NCBI RefSeq assembly: GCF_013002225.1
Contig: NZ_JABDKL010000061.1
Reading direction: 5' to 3' (one strand)
Source of the DNA: Winogradskyella sp.
Lineage (GTDB): Bacteria > Bacteroidota > Bacteroidia > Flavobacteriales > Flavobacteriaceae
DNA length: 64,000 nt
This document shows, in pieces, positions 34,426 to 45,999 of the stretch; within the stretch, counting starts at the first letter, position 1, and each line of letters begins with the position of its first letter. A model generated the notes under the pieces. It did not search any database, had not been told where the DNA came from, and saw only the letters and a list, made by a program, of their open reading frames with translations. The position numbers and the translations under genes are program-made.

Positions 34426-34651
34426 CTTAAAAACGTTTATGAATTGTAAATATAGAGTATATCTATTATACTTAAAGGTAATTTTAAATTGATAACAATT
34501 CTCTAACATTAAAACCCAACTAATTGACAATAAAACGCTGCTAAGATTGAAGATGTTAAGATTGTGTAAATATGACTGACTTTAGTATTATAGATTATTA
34601 AATACTCACATTTCTTAGTATATTTATGGACTAATTAAATTAAAATCAAAT

Positions 34652-36493
34652 ATGAAAAAACTTTACTTTTTACTTTTTGGCTTAACCTTAGGGTTAATCT
34701 CAAGCGCTCAAACCACACTTTTCCAAGACTCATTTGAATCTGGCGCTCCAGATATTTCAGGTACAATGTCTGAAATGTGTACGGATGGTTTTGGAGACTT
34801 TTTTACGGTGACAGACGGAACCAATATTGGCAGCAATTATGAAGTATTTGGAATGGATGGTACTTTTTGGTTAGCAGCCCAAGATACTGATGGCACACCA
34901 GATTGTAATTCAGATATTCAAACCATTGAATATAATGATCTTGATATTTCGACTGGGAGTGATTTAACACTTGTTTTTATCGCCGCCGAAGACGACGATG
35001 GTTCTGCTCAAGACTGGGATGCTGATACTCAAGTTTTTTTTGAAATTGACATTGATAATTCCGGGACTTTTACTAAAATATTTCAGTTTGCTGCAACTGG
35101 AGGGACGAACACTGAACCAGGTGTAGATACCAACTTAGACGGTACTGCAGACGGAACCTTATTAAGCAATTCTTTTCAAGAATTTACGGCAGCAATACCC
35201 AATGGAAGTTTACTAGATTTACGAATAACTTTTGAAAGATTAAACGCTGGCGATGAAGATATATCTATAGACAATATACGTGTCATCGACGGTTTTGTAG
35301 CTACGCCTACCCTCACATTAACAGACGCACCAGCGAGTGGTGGCGTTTTAACTACTACACCAGAGGCAGCAAATGACGCTACGATTGATTTTACTACAAC
35401 TAATTTCACTGTTGCAGTGCCACCAAGTGGTGATGGCTATATAAGATGGGAAGTAAAGGATGCTGGAAACAACATTGTAGATAGTGGTGATATATTTACA
35501 ACAGATGGGACAGAAACAGCTGTTAATAATCTCGTAGCAGGTAATACGTATAGCCTTTTTGCTGAATTAGTAGATACCTCAGGAAATCCAATCATACCAG
35601 CAGTCGATTATGCACTTACAGTGATTATCCCAAGTTATACAGTTGTTGCCGATGTTGCTGAATTGAGAGCGGATGTTGTAGCTAATGGTGATGGCGGATA
35701 TTACGAAATAACAGGTAATGTCCTGGTTACACATACGGACGGTTTTAATAACAGACAATGGGTGCAAGACTCTAATATTGCAGGTATTTTAATAACAGAA
35801 GATGGACTTGATAATGGCATTATTACATATACTGTTGGCGATAATGTTTCAGGATTAAAAGGTGGAACTGAAACTGTAAATGGCGTCTTAAGATTTTTAC
35901 CATCTGTAGATTCGGGTGTGATTACTTCATCTGGAAATGCAGTAGTTCCACAAACTGTATCAATTACCCAATTAAATGCTGCTCCAGATGACTATGAATC
36001 TGAGTTAATAGAATTACAAAATGTAACTTTTGTAGATGGTAATGGCTCTGCTACTTTTAGTACAGGTACGAACTACGATGTTACCGACGGTGCAAATACA
36101 ATTGTTAAACGTACTGATTTTTTTAGTGCAGATTATATTAATCAAGTTATACCTTCTTCTGAACTATCATCATTAGTGGCCATTGCTGGTGAATTTAATG
36201 GAACTGCTCAAATATATGTAAGAGACCTTTCAGATATTACATTATCTAACGACCAATTTAATTTTGAATCGCTAGAATTATATCCTAATCCAACCAACAA
36301 GGGATATATTACTATTACCACTCAAAATCCTAACGACATATCTATAAAAGTTTTTGATGTACTTGGTAAGCAAGTTAAAAATGAAATATTAACTAATAAT
36401 ACACTAAATGTTTCTGATTTAAATAGTGGAATATACATTGTTAAATTAACTCAAAACAATGCCTCTACCACTAAAAAATTAGTGATTAAATAA
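34652..36493 (+). CDS. secreted T9SS cargo protein (choice-of-anchor-J-like N-terminus, C-terminal Por sorting domain)
   Basis: Signal peptide. N-terminal TLFQDSFESG block. C-terminal LELYPNPTNKGYITI...VFDVLGKQV...LNSGIYIVKL is a typical T9SS CTD. Confidence 0.8.
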   Translation: MKKLYFLLFGLTLGLISSAQTTLFQDSFESGAPDISGTMSEMCTDGFGDFFTVTDGTNIGSNYEVFGMDGTFWLAAQDTDGTPDCNSDIQTIEYNDLDISTGSDLTLVFIAAEDDDGSAQDWDADTQVFFEIDIDNSGTFTKIFQFAATGGTNTEPGVDTNLDGTADGTLLSNSFQEFTAAIPNGSLLDLRITFERLNAGDEDISIDNIRVIDGFVATPTLTLTDAPASGGVLTTTPEAANDATIDFTTTNFTVAVPPSGDGYIRWEVKDAGNNIVDSGDIFTTDGTETAVNNLVAGNTYSLFAELVDTSGNPIIPAVDYALTVIIPSYTVVADVAELRADVVANGDGGYYEITGNVLVTHTDGFNNRQWVQDSNIAGILITEDGLDNGIITYTVGDNVSGLKGGTETVNGVLRFLPSVDSGVITSSGNAVVPQTVSITQLNAAPDDYESELIELQNVTFVDGNGSATFSTGTNYDVTDGANTIVKRTDFFSADYINQVIPSSELSSLVAIAGEFNGTAQIYVRDLSDITLSNDQFNFESLELYPNPTNKGYITITTQNPNDISIKVFDVLGKQVKNEILTNNTLNVSDLNSGIYIVKLTQNNASTTKKLVIK

Positions 36494-36514
36494 TTAGTTT
36501 ACAAATACAAGTTT

Positions 36515-36547
36515 AAAAGCGCAACTATTGGTTGCGCTTTTTGTTTT
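36515..36547 (+). terminator. terminator after the T9SS cargo gene
   Basis: AAAAGCGCAAC-tattg-GTTGCGCTTTT followed by TGTTTT. It overlaps the track ORF start at 36532. Confidence 0.75.
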
Positions 36548-36561
36548 CATACTTTTGCAAT

Positions 36562-37542
36562 ATGACATCTAATAGCACAATTTTTGACATAAAATCCCCT
36601 TCTGAGTTTGAAGCAAAAGCTTTAGAAGTATTTAGATTTCAGTTTAAAAATAGCCCTGTGTATCGTTCCTTTTGTGATCTACTCTACAAACATCCTTCAG
36701 ACATCAAGCGAATAGTCGATATTCCTTTTTTACCCATCCAATTTTTTAAAACCCATACTATTACAAACTCAAGTAGCTCCGTCGAGAAAATCTTTACCAG
36801 TTCTGGGACTACAGGCAATACGACCAGTAAGCATCATGTAAGTGACCTAAAGCTTTACGAGGCGAGTTACCAGAATGCATTTAAGCATTTTTATGGCACA
36901 ACAACAGACTATGTGGTATTAGCCTTACTACCATCGTATCTAGAACGTGATGGCTCATCACTTATCTATATGGTAAATGATTTAATACACCAATCTGGCC
37001 ATGATGAAAGTGGTTTTTATTTAAATAACATTTCAGACTTAGCCGAAACCCTTCAAAGACTTGAAGCTGCAAATCAAAAAACATTACTTATCGGTGTTTC
37101 ATTTGCTTTATTAGACCTGGTAGAACAATTTCAATTTAATTTAAATCATACCGTTGTTATGGAAACCGGAGGTATGAAAGGAAGACGAAAAGAAATGATA
37201 AGACAGGAGTTACATAAAAAGCTTATCTCCGGATTTGGAGTAGATAAAATACACAGTGAATATGGCATGACTGAGCTCTTAAGCCAAGCCTATTCCTCTG
37301 GTAATGGTATATTTAATTGCCCTCCATGGATGCAGGTCCTAACAAGAGATACAGAGGATGCACTGACCATCCAAAATCCGGATAAGACAGGCGGTCTAAA
37401 CGTTATTGACTTAGCAAACCTTAACTCTTGCTCTTTTATTGCTACACAAGACTTAGGCAAAGTGTATAACGATGGTAGTTTTGAAGTTATTGGAAGATTT
37501 GATAACTCAGATATTAGAGGTTGTAACCTTATGGCTTTATAG
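36562..37542 (+). CDS. LuxE-like acyl-protein synthetase / acyl-adenylate-forming enzyme ('acyl transferase')
   Basis: FTSSGTTG AMP-binding motif and METGGMKGRRKE. Start set at ATG 36562, downstream of the terminator. Confidence 0.65.
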   Translation: MTSNSTIFDIKSPSEFEAKALEVFRFQFKNSPVYRSFCDLLYKHPSDIKRIVDIPFLPIQFFKTHTITNSSSSVEKIFTSSGTTGNTTSKHHVSDLKLYEASYQNAFKHFYGTTTDYVVLALLPSYLERDGSSLIYMVNDLIHQSGHDESGFYLNNISDLAETLQRLEAANQKTLLIGVSFALLDLVEQFQFNLNHTVVMETGGMKGRRKEMIRQELHKKLISGFGVDKIHSEYGMTELLSQAYSSGNGIFNCPPWMQVLTRDTEDALTIQNPDKTGGLNVIDLANLNSCSFIATQDLGKVYNDGSFEVIGRFDNSDIRGCNLMAL

Positions 37543-37710
37543 AAATACCATCAATATAAAACATTTAAATAAGCCGGTTCAAATCAATAATTATCAAAAT
37601 TTTTGGTAAGGTTTTGAGAATAAATACGACAAAACCAATGAGACTAAAAGGTTAATTAATTCTATGAGAAAGAAAAATTGACTTTAGTCTTATTGATTGA
37701 TTGGTTAGTG

Positions 37711-37742
37711 AGTGCCCAGTTTTTGCTGGGCACTTTTTTTTG
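37711..37742 (+). terminator. strong plus-strand rho-independent terminator with no adjacent plus-strand CDS
   Basis: AGTGCCCAG-tttttg-CTGGGCACT followed by 8 T. It lies 170 nt after the nearest plus-strand stop codon. Confidence 0.75.
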
Positions 37743-37754
37743 TTGGGATTTATC

Positions 37755-39053
37755 TTATTGTACCTTTAAGATAAAGTTAGTTTTCTTTCCTCTACTAAGA
37801 ATTATATACTTACCATTTATTAAATCCTCGTTAGTAAGCGAATAATCTTCCTTAACCTTTTCTTTATTAACCGCAATTGCATTTTCCTTTAATGCGCGAC
37901 GTGCTTCACCGTTAGAGTTTAAAAAATTAGTCTTGGCCGATAAGGCTCCAACCATATCTAAGCCCTCGTCCAATTCCGCTTTAGAAATAACTGCTTGCTT
38001 AACACCTTCAAAAACATCTAAAAATGTCTTTTCGTTAAGGCTGGTAATATCTTGCTTAAAACTTTTACTAAAAAGAATTTTTGAGGCTTTTACCGCATTT
38101 TCATACTCTTCTTTAGAGTGAACCATAGTAGTAATTTCCTCGGCTAATCGTTTTTGTAAAGTTCTTGCTCCCGGATTGCCAGAATGCGCTTCTAAAATAG
38201 CATTAATCTCTTCTTCTAATAAAAATGTAAAGATTTTTATATATTTCTCAGCATCCTCATCACTTGAATTTAACCAGTACTGATAGAATTTATATGGCGA
38301 GGTTCGTTCTGCATCTAACCATACATTGCCGCCCTCTGACTTTCCAAATTTAGATCCGTCACTTTTAGTTATTAAAGGACAAGTTATTGCATATCCTTTA
38401 CCACCTCCTATACGTCTTATTAACTCTGTACCTGTGGTAATATTTCCCCACTGATCACTACCACCCATTTGAATGGTGCACGCATTATTATTAAATAAGT
38501 GCAAAAAATCGTAACCCTGTACCAATTGATAGGTGAATTCCGTAAAACTCATACCATCACTAGACGATTCACCTGAAATTCTGTTTTTAACAGAATCCTT
38601 TGCCATCATATAATTTACTGTGATATGTTTACCAACATCTCTTATAAATTCCAAGAATGAAAAGTTTTTCATCCAATCATAGTTATTTACCAAAACCGCT
38701 GCATTACCCACTTTACTATCAAAATCCAGAAAATGGGACAATTGGTTTTTTATAGCATTTTGGTTGTGACGAAGTGTTTGTTCATCTAACAGATTACGTT
38801 CGCTCGACTTACCAGAAGGATCACCAATCATTCCCGTTGCACCGCCAACTAAAGCTACTGGCTTATGACCGCAACGTTGGTAATGAGCCAATAACATTAT
38901 AGGCACCAAATTACCAATATGTAATGAGTCTGCTGTAGGGTCGAAACCGATATAAGCACTCCGCATAGCTTCTGATAAGTGCTCTTCTACACCAGGCATA
39001 CTGTCATGTAGCATTCCTCTCCACTTTAATTCTTCAACAAAATTCTTTCCCAT
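37755..39053 (-). CDS. tyrS: tyrosine--tRNA ligase
   Basis: HIGH-type motif LHIGNLV, KMSKS-type KFGKS, and a C-terminal S4-like domain. Confidence 0.95.
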   Translation of the reverse strand: MGKNFVEELKWRGMLHDSMPGVEEHLSEAMRSAYIGFDPTADSLHIGNLVPIMLLAHYQRCGHKPVALVGGATGMIGDPSGKSSERNLLDEQTLRHNQNAIKNQLSHFLDFDSKVGNAAVLVNNYDWMKNFSFLEFIRDVGKHITVNYMMAKDSVKNRISGESSSDGMSFTEFTYQLVQGYDFLHLFNNNACTIQMGGSDQWGNITTGTELIRRIGGGKGYAITCPLITKSDGSKFGKSEGGNVWLDAERTSPYKFYQYWLNSSDEDAEKYIKIFTFLLEEEINAILEAHSGNPGARTLQKRLAEEITTMVHSKEEYENAVKASKILFSKSFKQDITSLNEKTFLDVFEGVKQAVISKAELDEGLDMVGALSAKTNFLNSNGEARRALKENAIAVNKEKVKEDYSLTNEDLINGKYIILSRGKKTNFILKVQ

Positions 39054-39193
39054 TGTAATTTGATTCTAATTAAATTTTAGCAAAGATATGTTTCCGGTTT
39101 AAAAGACAAAAGACATTTAATTCAATTTATAAAAAGTGTAACTTTACTTCGGCTACGCACATAAACTCAATTAATAAATAATATTCAATAATA

Positions 39194-40219
39194 ATGATTT
39201 TAGTTACCGGTGGAACAGGTTTAGTAGGGTCTCATTTGCTCTACACATTAGTTACTAACCAGGAACCGGTTCGTGCTATTTACAGACGTGAAAAAACATT
39301 ACAAAGAGTAAAACATGTGTTCTCCTACTTTTCTGAAAATGCTGATGCTTTATTTGACAAAATTGAATGGATGGAAGCCGATCTAAATGACATTCCTAAA
39401 TTACAAGATGCTTTTAAAGCTATTACTCATGTTTATCACTGTGCTGCATTTGTTTCATTCGAGCCTGATAAATATAAAGAACTACGTAAAATAAATATTA
39501 AAGGGACAGCAAACATTGTGAATTTAGCCATTACAAATGCCGTTAAAAAACTATGTTACGTAAGTTCTATTGCTGCAATTGGCCATCATACAGATTCTGA
39601 TAAATTAATTGATGAAGATACAGCATGGAATTCTGAAGGTGACAATAGTGTCTACGCCATTACAAAGTATGGTGCGGAGTTGGAAGTCTGGCGAGGGACC
39701 CAAGAGGGGTTAGATGCTGTCATTATTAATCCTGGTATAATTCTGGGAGGTGGTTATTGGAATGGCGGTAGTAGTGGCAATCTGTTTAAACGTATTTATA
39801 ATGGCATGTCGTACTATGTAAATGGAGTTGCTGGGTATGTTGACGTTTGGGATGTTGTTAAAGCTATGTACCAATTAACCAACAGCACCATAAAAAATGA
39901 AAATTTTATACTAGTCTCGGAAAATTGGAGCTTCAAAAAATTTCAATACAAGGTCGCGGAAGGGCTCCATGTAGAGCCGCCAAAAAAGGAAGCTAAACCA
40001 TGGCTACTCAGTATTGCATGGCGATTAGATTGGTTGGCTTTAAAAATTTTAGGAAAACGCCGAAGTCTAACCAGACATACTGCTAAATCTGCAGTGAGTA
40101 TTACAAAATATGATAATACTAAAATAAGAAAGCAGCTCAATTTTGATTTTAAAGGTATAGATACGTCAATAAGAGAAGTATGCAACCTATTTCTGAATGA
40201 TTTGGAAAAAAAATCTTAA
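39194..40219 (+). CDS. NAD-dependent epimerase/dehydratase (extended SDR) family protein
   Basis: ILVTGGTGLVGSHL Rossmann motif and YAITK catalytic YxxxK. Confidence 0.8.
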   Translation: MILVTGGTGLVGSHLLYTLVTNQEPVRAIYRREKTLQRVKHVFSYFSENADALFDKIEWMEADLNDIPKLQDAFKAITHVYHCAAFVSFEPDKYKELRKINIKGTANIVNLAITNAVKKLCYVSSIAAIGHHTDSDKLIDEDTAWNSEGDNSVYAITKYGAELEVWRGTQEGLDAVIINPGIILGGGYWNGGSSGNLFKRIYNGMSYYVNGVAGYVDVWDVVKAMYQLTNSTIKNENFILVSENWSFKKFQYKVAEGLHVEPPKKEAKPWLLSIAWRLDWLALKILGKRRSLTRHTAKSAVSITKYDNTKIRKQLNFDFKGIDTSIREVCNLFLNDLEKKS

Positions 40220-40668
40220 ATTTTGGTTCCTTTCTTTGTATTCTTTATTAAGGAATCTCTGACCTTCGCCTTTACCATTGCTATTGAATCGCGCTTACGT
40301 TTTGCGGACATACCTTCTTTCTTTTGCAAAGATTCCAATGTGGTTTTCTTATTTTCTATTCTGCTTTTTACACGTTCTATAATAGATTCATAGTCCTTAG
40401 GATCATACGCATAATAAGCATTACTGTTCACAAATTGTAGACTATCTATGTTGTATTTAGTTAAAATATAAGTCTCAGGTATAAATCCGTTAGTTTCAAG
40501 AATTTTCCTGTTTACACCTTTTGCTGCATTGATGATATACAGATCGTATAAAATATCGGACATTTTTTCTTTGGCGATAAGGTTTTCTGGCTTTGCGGGT
40601 TTATCTATCGAATCGCAAGCACTGAATAAAAAAATAAAACTAAATATTATACTTATTTTTTTGTACAT
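40216..40668 (-). CDS. DUF4296-like lipoprotein
   Basis: Lipobox LFSAC. The KMSDILYDLYIINAA block is typical of DUF4296, and the position downstream of dihydroorotase is the usual one in Flavobacteriia. Confidence 0.6.
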   Translation of the reverse strand: MYKKISIIFSFIFLFSACDSIDKPAKPENLIAKEKMSDILYDLYIINAAKGVNRKILETNGFIPETYILTKYNIDSLQFVNSNAYYAYDPKDYESIIERVKSRIENKKTTLESLQKKEGMSAKRKRDSIAMVKAKVRDSLIKNTKKGTKI

Positions 40669-40669
40669 C

Positions 40670-42013
40670 TTATCTATTAAAGGTTAATCGTTTTCCGGCC
40701 TTTACATCTAAAACCTTAAAATTATGATATGCCAATTGCCCATTTACAAAGGTGTGTGTTATCCTACTTTTAAACGTATTACTTTCGAAAGGGGACCAGC
40801 CACATTTATATAATATATTATCCTTATTTACGGTCCATGGGCTCTGTAAGTCTACAATAATTAAATCGGCATAATAACCTTTTCTTATATAGCCTCTATT
40901 TTCTACGTCGAATAATATGGCAGGATTATGTGCTGTTTTTTCTACAATTTTTTCTAAACTTATTTTGCCTTGATGGTACGTTTCTAAAAGCGCTACAAAG
41001 GCATGTTGCACCAAAGGTCCACCTGAAGGTGCACTAGTATAAGGATTGTTTTTTTCCTGTAGCGTATGTGGTGCATGGTCAGTCGCGATTACGTCTATTC
41101 GGTCGTCTAATAGTGCTTTCCACAACTGGTCTCGATCTTTAGCCGTTTTTACAGCAGGATTCCACTTTATATGACTCCCCTTTTTCGCATAATCCTCATC
41201 AGAAAACCACAGATGATGTATACAAACCTCAGCAGTAATTTTTTTGTCTTTTAAAGGAATTTTATTTGTAAAAAGATTAGTTTCCTTGCCAGTGGACAAA
41301 TGAAATACATGTAGTCTCGCTCCTGTTTTCTTTGCCAATTCTATGGCTTTAGAGGAACTAATAAAACATGCTTCTTCGCTTCTGATAACTGGATGTTTCT
41401 CCATCGGTATATCATCACCATATTCTGCTTTATACTTAGCTAAATTCCGTCTAATAGTAGCTTCGTCTTCGCAATGCACCGAAATCACCATATTAGTACT
41501 GGAAAATATTTTTTCTATAATCTCAGGATCATCGACCAACATATCGCCTGTTGAAGACCCTAAAAATAACTTTAAGCCTGCAACAGTTTTACTATTTACC
41601 TTAAGGATTTCGTCTAAGTTATCATTTGTGCCTCCAAACATAAATGAATAATTAGCATGTGAGGAATTCGCAGCGATCTCAAATTTTTCTTCAAGCTTTT
41701 TAACTGTAGTCGTTTGCGGATTGGTGTTCGGCATTTCAATAAAAGAAGTAATTCCACCAGCTAATGCGGCTCTAGACTCTGTTTCTATAGTCGCCTTATG
41801 CGTCAATCCTGGCTCTCTAAAATGCACCTGATCATCAATCATTCCAGGAAACACGTAGTTTCCTTCAACATCAATAACCGTTATATCTGCAGATTTTACA
41901 CTTATAGAACTGTCAATATCTTTAATGATGTCATTTTCAATTAAAATATCACCTTCTATGATTTTGCCTTCATTGACAATTTTTGCATTTTTTATGAGGG
42001 TATTTTGCTTCAT
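40670..42013 (-). CDS. pyrC: dihydroorotase (amidohydrolase superfamily)
   Basis: [10 protein letters not shown] HxH metal motif, later ATDHAPH, 447 aa. Confidence 0.8.
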   Translation of the reverse strand: MKQNTLIKNAKIVNEGKIIEGDILIENDIIKDIDSSISVKSADITVIDVEGNYVFPGMIDDQVHFREPGLTHKATIETESRAALAGGITSFIEMPNTNPQTTTVKKLEEKFEIAANSSHANYSFMFGGTNDNLDEILKVNSKTVAGLKLFLGSSTGDMLVDDPEIIEKIFSSTNMVISVHCEDEATIRRNLAKYKAEYGDDIPMEKHPVIRSEEACFISSSKAIELAKKTGARLHVFHLSTGKETNLFTNKIPLKDKKITAEVCIHHLWFSDEDYAKKGSHIKWNPAVKTAKDRDQLWKALLDDRIDVIATDHAPHTLQEKNNPYTSAPSGGPLVQHAFVALLETYHQGKISLEKIVEKTAHNPAILFDVENRGYIRKGYYADLIIVDLQSPWTVNKDNILYKCGWSPFESNTFKSRITHTFVNGQLAYHNFKVLDVKAGKRLTFNR

Positions 42014-42020
42014 GTTCGTT

Positions 42021-42743
42021 CTACTTAGTAAATAAACTCTTTAATTTCAAAGTTATTACACCAAAAATAGCTTCAGAAATAATACTTCCGCTCATTTTAG
42101 ATTTTCCTTTGGTTCTGTCTTTAAAAATAACTGGTATTTCAACAATTTTAAATCCTTTATTATGGGCTTTAAATTTCATTTCGATCTGAAAGGCATATCC
42201 AATAAACTTAATTTTGTTTAGATCTATAGCCTCTAATACTGCTCTTTTATAGCAAACAAAGCCAGCTGTTGAGTCCTTAACCTGCATTCGTGTAATTAAC
42301 CTAACGTATCTCGAAGCGCCATAAGACAGTAATATTCTTGTCATTGGCCAATTTACAACTGTTATTCCTTTAACATAACGAGAGCCAACTGACATATCGG
42401 CGCCGTCCAGCGCACAGGCATTGTACAACTTGATTAAATCGTTAGGATTATGCGAAAAATCCGCATCCATTTCAAAAATATAATCGTAAGGCTGTTGGAG
42501 GCACCATTTAAAACCAGCAATATAGGCAGATCCTAAGCCATTTTTTTTATCGCGTTCTAATAAGAATAACTGATCCGAAAATTCCTTTTGTAACACCTTA
42601 ACCTTTTCTGCTGTTTTATCTGGAGAGTTATCATCTACCACCAAAACATGAAATGTCTTGCTTTGCGAAAACACTGCTCTAACAATAAGTTCAATATTCT
42701 CTATTTCGTTGTAAGTTGGTATGATGACAACAGTATCAGACAT
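42021..42743 (-). CDS. GT2 polyprenol-phosphate mannosyltransferase-like glycosyltransferase
   Basis: [20 protein letters not shown] and EMDADFSH motifs. Confidence 0.85.
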   Translation of the reverse strand: MSDTVVIIPTYNEIENIELIVRAVFSQSKTFHVLVVDDNSPDKTAEKVKVLQKEFSDQLFLLERDKKNGLGSAYIAGFKWCLQQPYDYIFEMDADFSHNPNDLIKLYNACALDGADMSVGSRYVKGITVVNWPMTRILLSYGASRYVRLITRMQVKDSTAGFVCYKRAVLEAIDLNKIKFIGYAFQIEMKFKAHNKGFKIVEIPVIFKDRTKGKSKMSGSIISEAIFGVITLKLKSLFTK

Positions 42744-42891
42744 TTATAAAATTTAAGAGGTGCGTTTAAGGCAGCAGTTTAATTTCGAACAAATGTAAAG
42801 TTTTTAATGAATTTAACGATACATTTTATTTTTTTGATACAAAGCTATACGCTAATTATGTCAAGGTTTATTTTCTTTATAAATTAGCAGA

Positions 42892-43542
42892 ATGCGAGAT
42901 TTCATTACACACAATTGGTTTACTGTTTTCACCGTATTAAGTTTAGCATTAATTGTCGCTGCTAAATTTGTCAATACATTTCGCTTTAACGATTTTCTCT
43001 TGGTTGTAAGCAACTCAAAATATTTAAAAATTTATTCTAAGGATCAAAAATTTATTGATGTTTTTGATAGTTTTCTGTTCGTTAATTTGGCGATAGGATT
43101 AAGTATATTTATTTATTTTTTCTACTCCACACTAATCTCACCTTTACCTTTTAACCTTATAGATTTTGTAAAGCTAATCTTTACAGTCTCTACTGTGATA
43201 ATCATAAAAACGCTTTTAGAACGTCTTATTGGAAGTCTGTTTGAAATAGACGATCTCATTGACAATTATTTATTTCAGAAGACAACATTTAGAAATTATT
43301 CTGGTCTAATTCTATTGGCATCTAATCTCTATTTAATTTATGTTGGGACGCACATGGCTATAGTATTAAGCGTCACAGTGTGTTTAATTTGTATTGTTAA
43401 TTTTTTAGGTTTCTTTTCTTCATTTAAAAGTTATCAAAAAGCATTAATTCCTAATTTTTTCTATTTTTTGTTGTATCTTTGCGCTCTCGAAATTGGCCCA
43501 TATGTACTTTTATATAAGGTAATTAGAGACTATAACACTTAA
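42892..43542 (+). CDS. DUF4271-like integral membrane protein
   Basis: Six hydrophobic helices. Location immediately upstream of hemD is the usual one for DUF4271 in Flavobacteriia. Confidence 0.55.
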   Translation: MRDFITHNWFTVFTVLSLALIVAAKFVNTFRFNDFLLVVSNSKYLKIYSKDQKFIDVFDSFLFVNLAIGLSIFIYFFYSTLISPLPFNLIDFVKLIFTVSTVIIIKTLLERLIGSLFEIDDLIDNYLFQKTTFRNYSGLILLASNLYLIYVGTHMAIVLSVTVCLICIVNFLGFFSSFKSYQKALIPNFFYFLLYLCALEIGPYVLLYKVIRDYNT

Positions 43543-43559
43543 AAACCAAGCGTTCCCAT

Positions 43560-44309
43560 ATGAAAGTGAAAACCATTTTAGTATCGCAACCAGAGCCTAA
43601 AATTGAAAACTCTCCATATTACGATTTGCAAGAAAAGCAGAAAGTAAAAGTTGACTTTAGACCTTTTATCCACGTCGAAGGCGTTTCAGCAAAAGATGTA
43701 AGACAGCAAAAAATAGACCTTAGTAAATTTACTGCCATTATTCTAACCAGTAGAAATTCAGTCGACCACTTTTTTAGAGTTGCAGACGAAATGCGCTTTA
43801 AGGTACCAGATAGTATGAAGTATTTTTGTCAATCGGAAGCTGTGGCTTACTACCTGCAGAAATATGTGGTTTACAGAAAACGTAAAATTTATGTTGGCAA
43901 GCGTAATTTTGAAGACTTAATGCCGCTAATAAAAAAATACAAAGACGAAAAGTTTTTATTACCAACAACTGACAAAGTGAAACCTGTAATTTTAGAAACA
44001 CTTGATAATTTAGGTGTAAATTGGAAACAGGCCACCTTCTACAAAACTGTAATTAGCGATTTATCGGACTTAGCTAATGTCTACTATGATATTTTAGTAT
44101 TTTTTAGCCCTTCAGGAATTGAATCTTTATTTCATAATTTTCCGGATTTTGAACAAAAAGACACACGTATCGCTGTATTCGGAAATACCACTGTTAACGC
44201 AGTTAAGGAAAAAGGATTACGTGTAGATATATCTGCACCAACACCAGAAACGCCTTCAATGACAATGGCATTACAAAAATATATTGATGCCGTAAATAAA
44301 GGGAAGTAA
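43560..44309 (+). CDS. hemD: uroporphyrinogen-III synthase
   Basis: 249 aa two-lobe HEM4-like pattern (ILVSQPEP..., ILTSRNSVDHF, VFFSPSGIESL). Confidence 0.7.
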   Translation: MKVKTILVSQPEPKIENSPYYDLQEKQKVKVDFRPFIHVEGVSAKDVRQQKIDLSKFTAIILTSRNSVDHFFRVADEMRFKVPDSMKYFCQSEAVAYYLQKYVVYRKRKIYVGKRNFEDLMPLIKKYKDEKFLLPTTDKVKPVILETLDNLGVNWKQATFYKTVISDLSDLANVYYDILVFFSPSGIESLFHNFPDFEQKDTRIAVFGNTTVNAVKEKGLRVDISAPTPETPSMTMALQKYIDAVNKGK

Positions 44310-44330
44310 AAGCGTAACAATAAATAGTTA

Positions 44331-44366
44331 AAAAGGCGATTCTAAAATTAGAATCGCCTTTTTTAT
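44331..44366. terminator. bidirectional terminator between hemD and pckA
   Basis: 14-bp perfect stem AAAAGGCGATTCTA-aaat-TAGAATCGCCTTTT, flanked by an A-run and a T-run. Confidence 0.85.
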
Positions 44367-44382
44367 TTTGAGGATTAATTAA

Positions 44383-45999
44383 CTAAAATGCATAACGTTG
44401 CGGACCACCGCGTCTTATTTCTTCTGAAGCATAAGATTCGAACTTTTTGAAATTTTCTCTAAATGCATTTGATAATTTAAATGCCTTAGTATAATATGCT
44501 GTATCATCATTCCAGGTCGTTCTTGGGCTTAGCACTTCTGTAGGTACCCCAGGACAGCTTCTAGGTTGTGCGACACCAAATACAGAGTGTATATGATAAT
44601 CTTCATAGGTGTACTTACCTAGATCGCCATTTAAAGCTGCATTAATCATAGCACGAGTATACTTTAGTTTAACACGTGTACCTACTCCATAAGGACCACC
44701 TGTCCAGCCTGTATTTACCAACCAAACATTAACACCTGATTCTTTCATTTTTTTACTCAGCATGGTTGCATATTCTGTAGGATGTAATGGCATAAAAGGT
44801 GCTCCAAAACATGCAGAGAAACTTGGAACAGGTTCAACAACACCTGCTTCTGTCCCTGCAACTTTTGCTGTATACCCAGATATAAAATGATAAGCTGCTT
44901 GGCTAGGTGTTAATTTAGAAATTGGAGGCAAGACACCAAAAGCATCTGCCGTTAAGAAAAATATGTTCTTAGGATTCTCACCAATAGATGGCTTCCTTAT
45001 ATTTTCAATATGATATATAGGGTAACTTACTCTTGTGTTCTGTGTAATGGAGGTATCTGCAAAATCTACATTACCTCTATCATCCAATACGACATTTTCT
45101 AGAATAGCTCCTTTTTTAATAGCAGCAAATATTTCTGGTTCTTGTTCCTGCGATAGGTTAATCACCTTTGCATAACATCCTCCTTCAAAATTAAAAACTG
45201 TATTTTCTTTGGTCCAGCCATGCTCGTCATCACCAATTAAACTACGATTAGCATCTGTAGACAAGGTTGTTTTTCCGGTTCCGGACAATCCGAAGAAAAT
45301 AGCAGTATCTCCGTCCTCACCTACATTCGCACTACAGTGCATTGGAAGTGTGTTTTTAAAGACAGGAAGAATAAAGTTTAATGCAGAGAAAATTCCTTTC
45401 TTAATTTCTCCGGTATACCCAGTTCCTCCAATTAAAGCTATTTTACGGGTAAAATCAAGGATTGCGAAATTATGCTGACGAGTTCCATCAACTTCCGGAT
45501 TAGCCATAAAACCAGGTGCATTTACAACGGTCCACTCTGGCGAAAAATCTTTTAACTCCTCTTCAGTAGGACGCAAGAACATGTTATGTGCAAACATGTT
45601 GCTCCAAGGATACTCATTTATTACTCTAATATTTAATTTATAGTTTTCATCTGCACAAGCAAAACAATCTCTTACATAAACCTCTTTATCCGATAGGTAA
45701 TCTGTAACCTTATCGTATAATTTTTGAAATTTATCACTTTCGAAAGGAATGTTAATATTTCCCCACCAAACTTTATCTTCCGTTATGGCGTCCTTAACAA
45801 TAAACCTGTCTTGTGGCGATCGTCCTGTAAACTCACCTGTGTTTACAGCAATAGCACCAGAAGACGCCTCTACGCCTTGGCCTTTTGCAATAGTTTCTTC
45901 ATGCAGCTCGTCTGAAGATAATTGATACTTGATTTTAGCATTTTTTATGCCGTATTGATCTAACGAAATCGATTTCGTTGATTGTGTATGGTTTACCAT
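44383..45999 (-). CDS. pckA: phosphoenolpyruvate carboxykinase (ATP)
   Basis: FFGLSGTGKTTLS kinase-1a motif and IGDDEHGW. 538 aa. Confidence 0.95.
   Translation of the reverse strand: MVNHTQSTKSISLDQYGIKNAKIKYQLSSDELHEETIAKGQGVEASSGAIAVNTGEFTGRSPQDRFIVKDAITEDKVWWGNINIPFESDKFQKLYDKVTDYLSDKEVYVRDCFACADENYKLNIRVINEYPWSNMFAHNMFLRPTEEELKDFSPEWTVVNAPGFMANPEVDGTRQHNFAILDFTRKIALIGGTGYTGEIKKGIFSALNFILPVFKNTLPMHCSANVGEDGDTAIFFGLSGTGKTTLSTDANRSLIGDDEHGWTKENTVFNFEGGCYAKVINLSQEQEPEIFAAIKKGAILENVVLDDRGNVDFADTSITQNTRVSYPIYHIENIRKPSIGENPKNIFFLTADAFGVLPPISKLTPSQAAYHFISGYTAKVAGTEAGVVEPVPSFSACFGAPFMPLHPTEYATMLSKKMKESGVNVWLVNTGWTGGPYGVGTRVKLKYTRAMINAALNGDLGKYTYEDYHIHSVFGVAQPRSCPGVPTEVLSPRTTWNDDTAYYTKAFKLSNAFRENFKKFESYASEEIRRGGPQRYAF

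Noticed and set aside
34426-34530. N-terminal extensions in track ORFs: 34426-34530 (OmpR regulator), 53845-53925 (leuS), 36532-36561, 25946-25975, 58672-58695 and 4065-4136.
   Set aside because: The extensions do not resemble the respective protein families. Several overlap upstream terminator hairpins, and good internal starts reproduce the canonical N-termini.
39054-39193. T-box or other leader upstream of tyrS, and similarly upstream of leuS (53845-53967).
   Set aside because: The spacers are short and AT-rich. They lack a specifier/antiterminator architecture or any conserved T-box sequence, and such leaders are not expected in this phylum.
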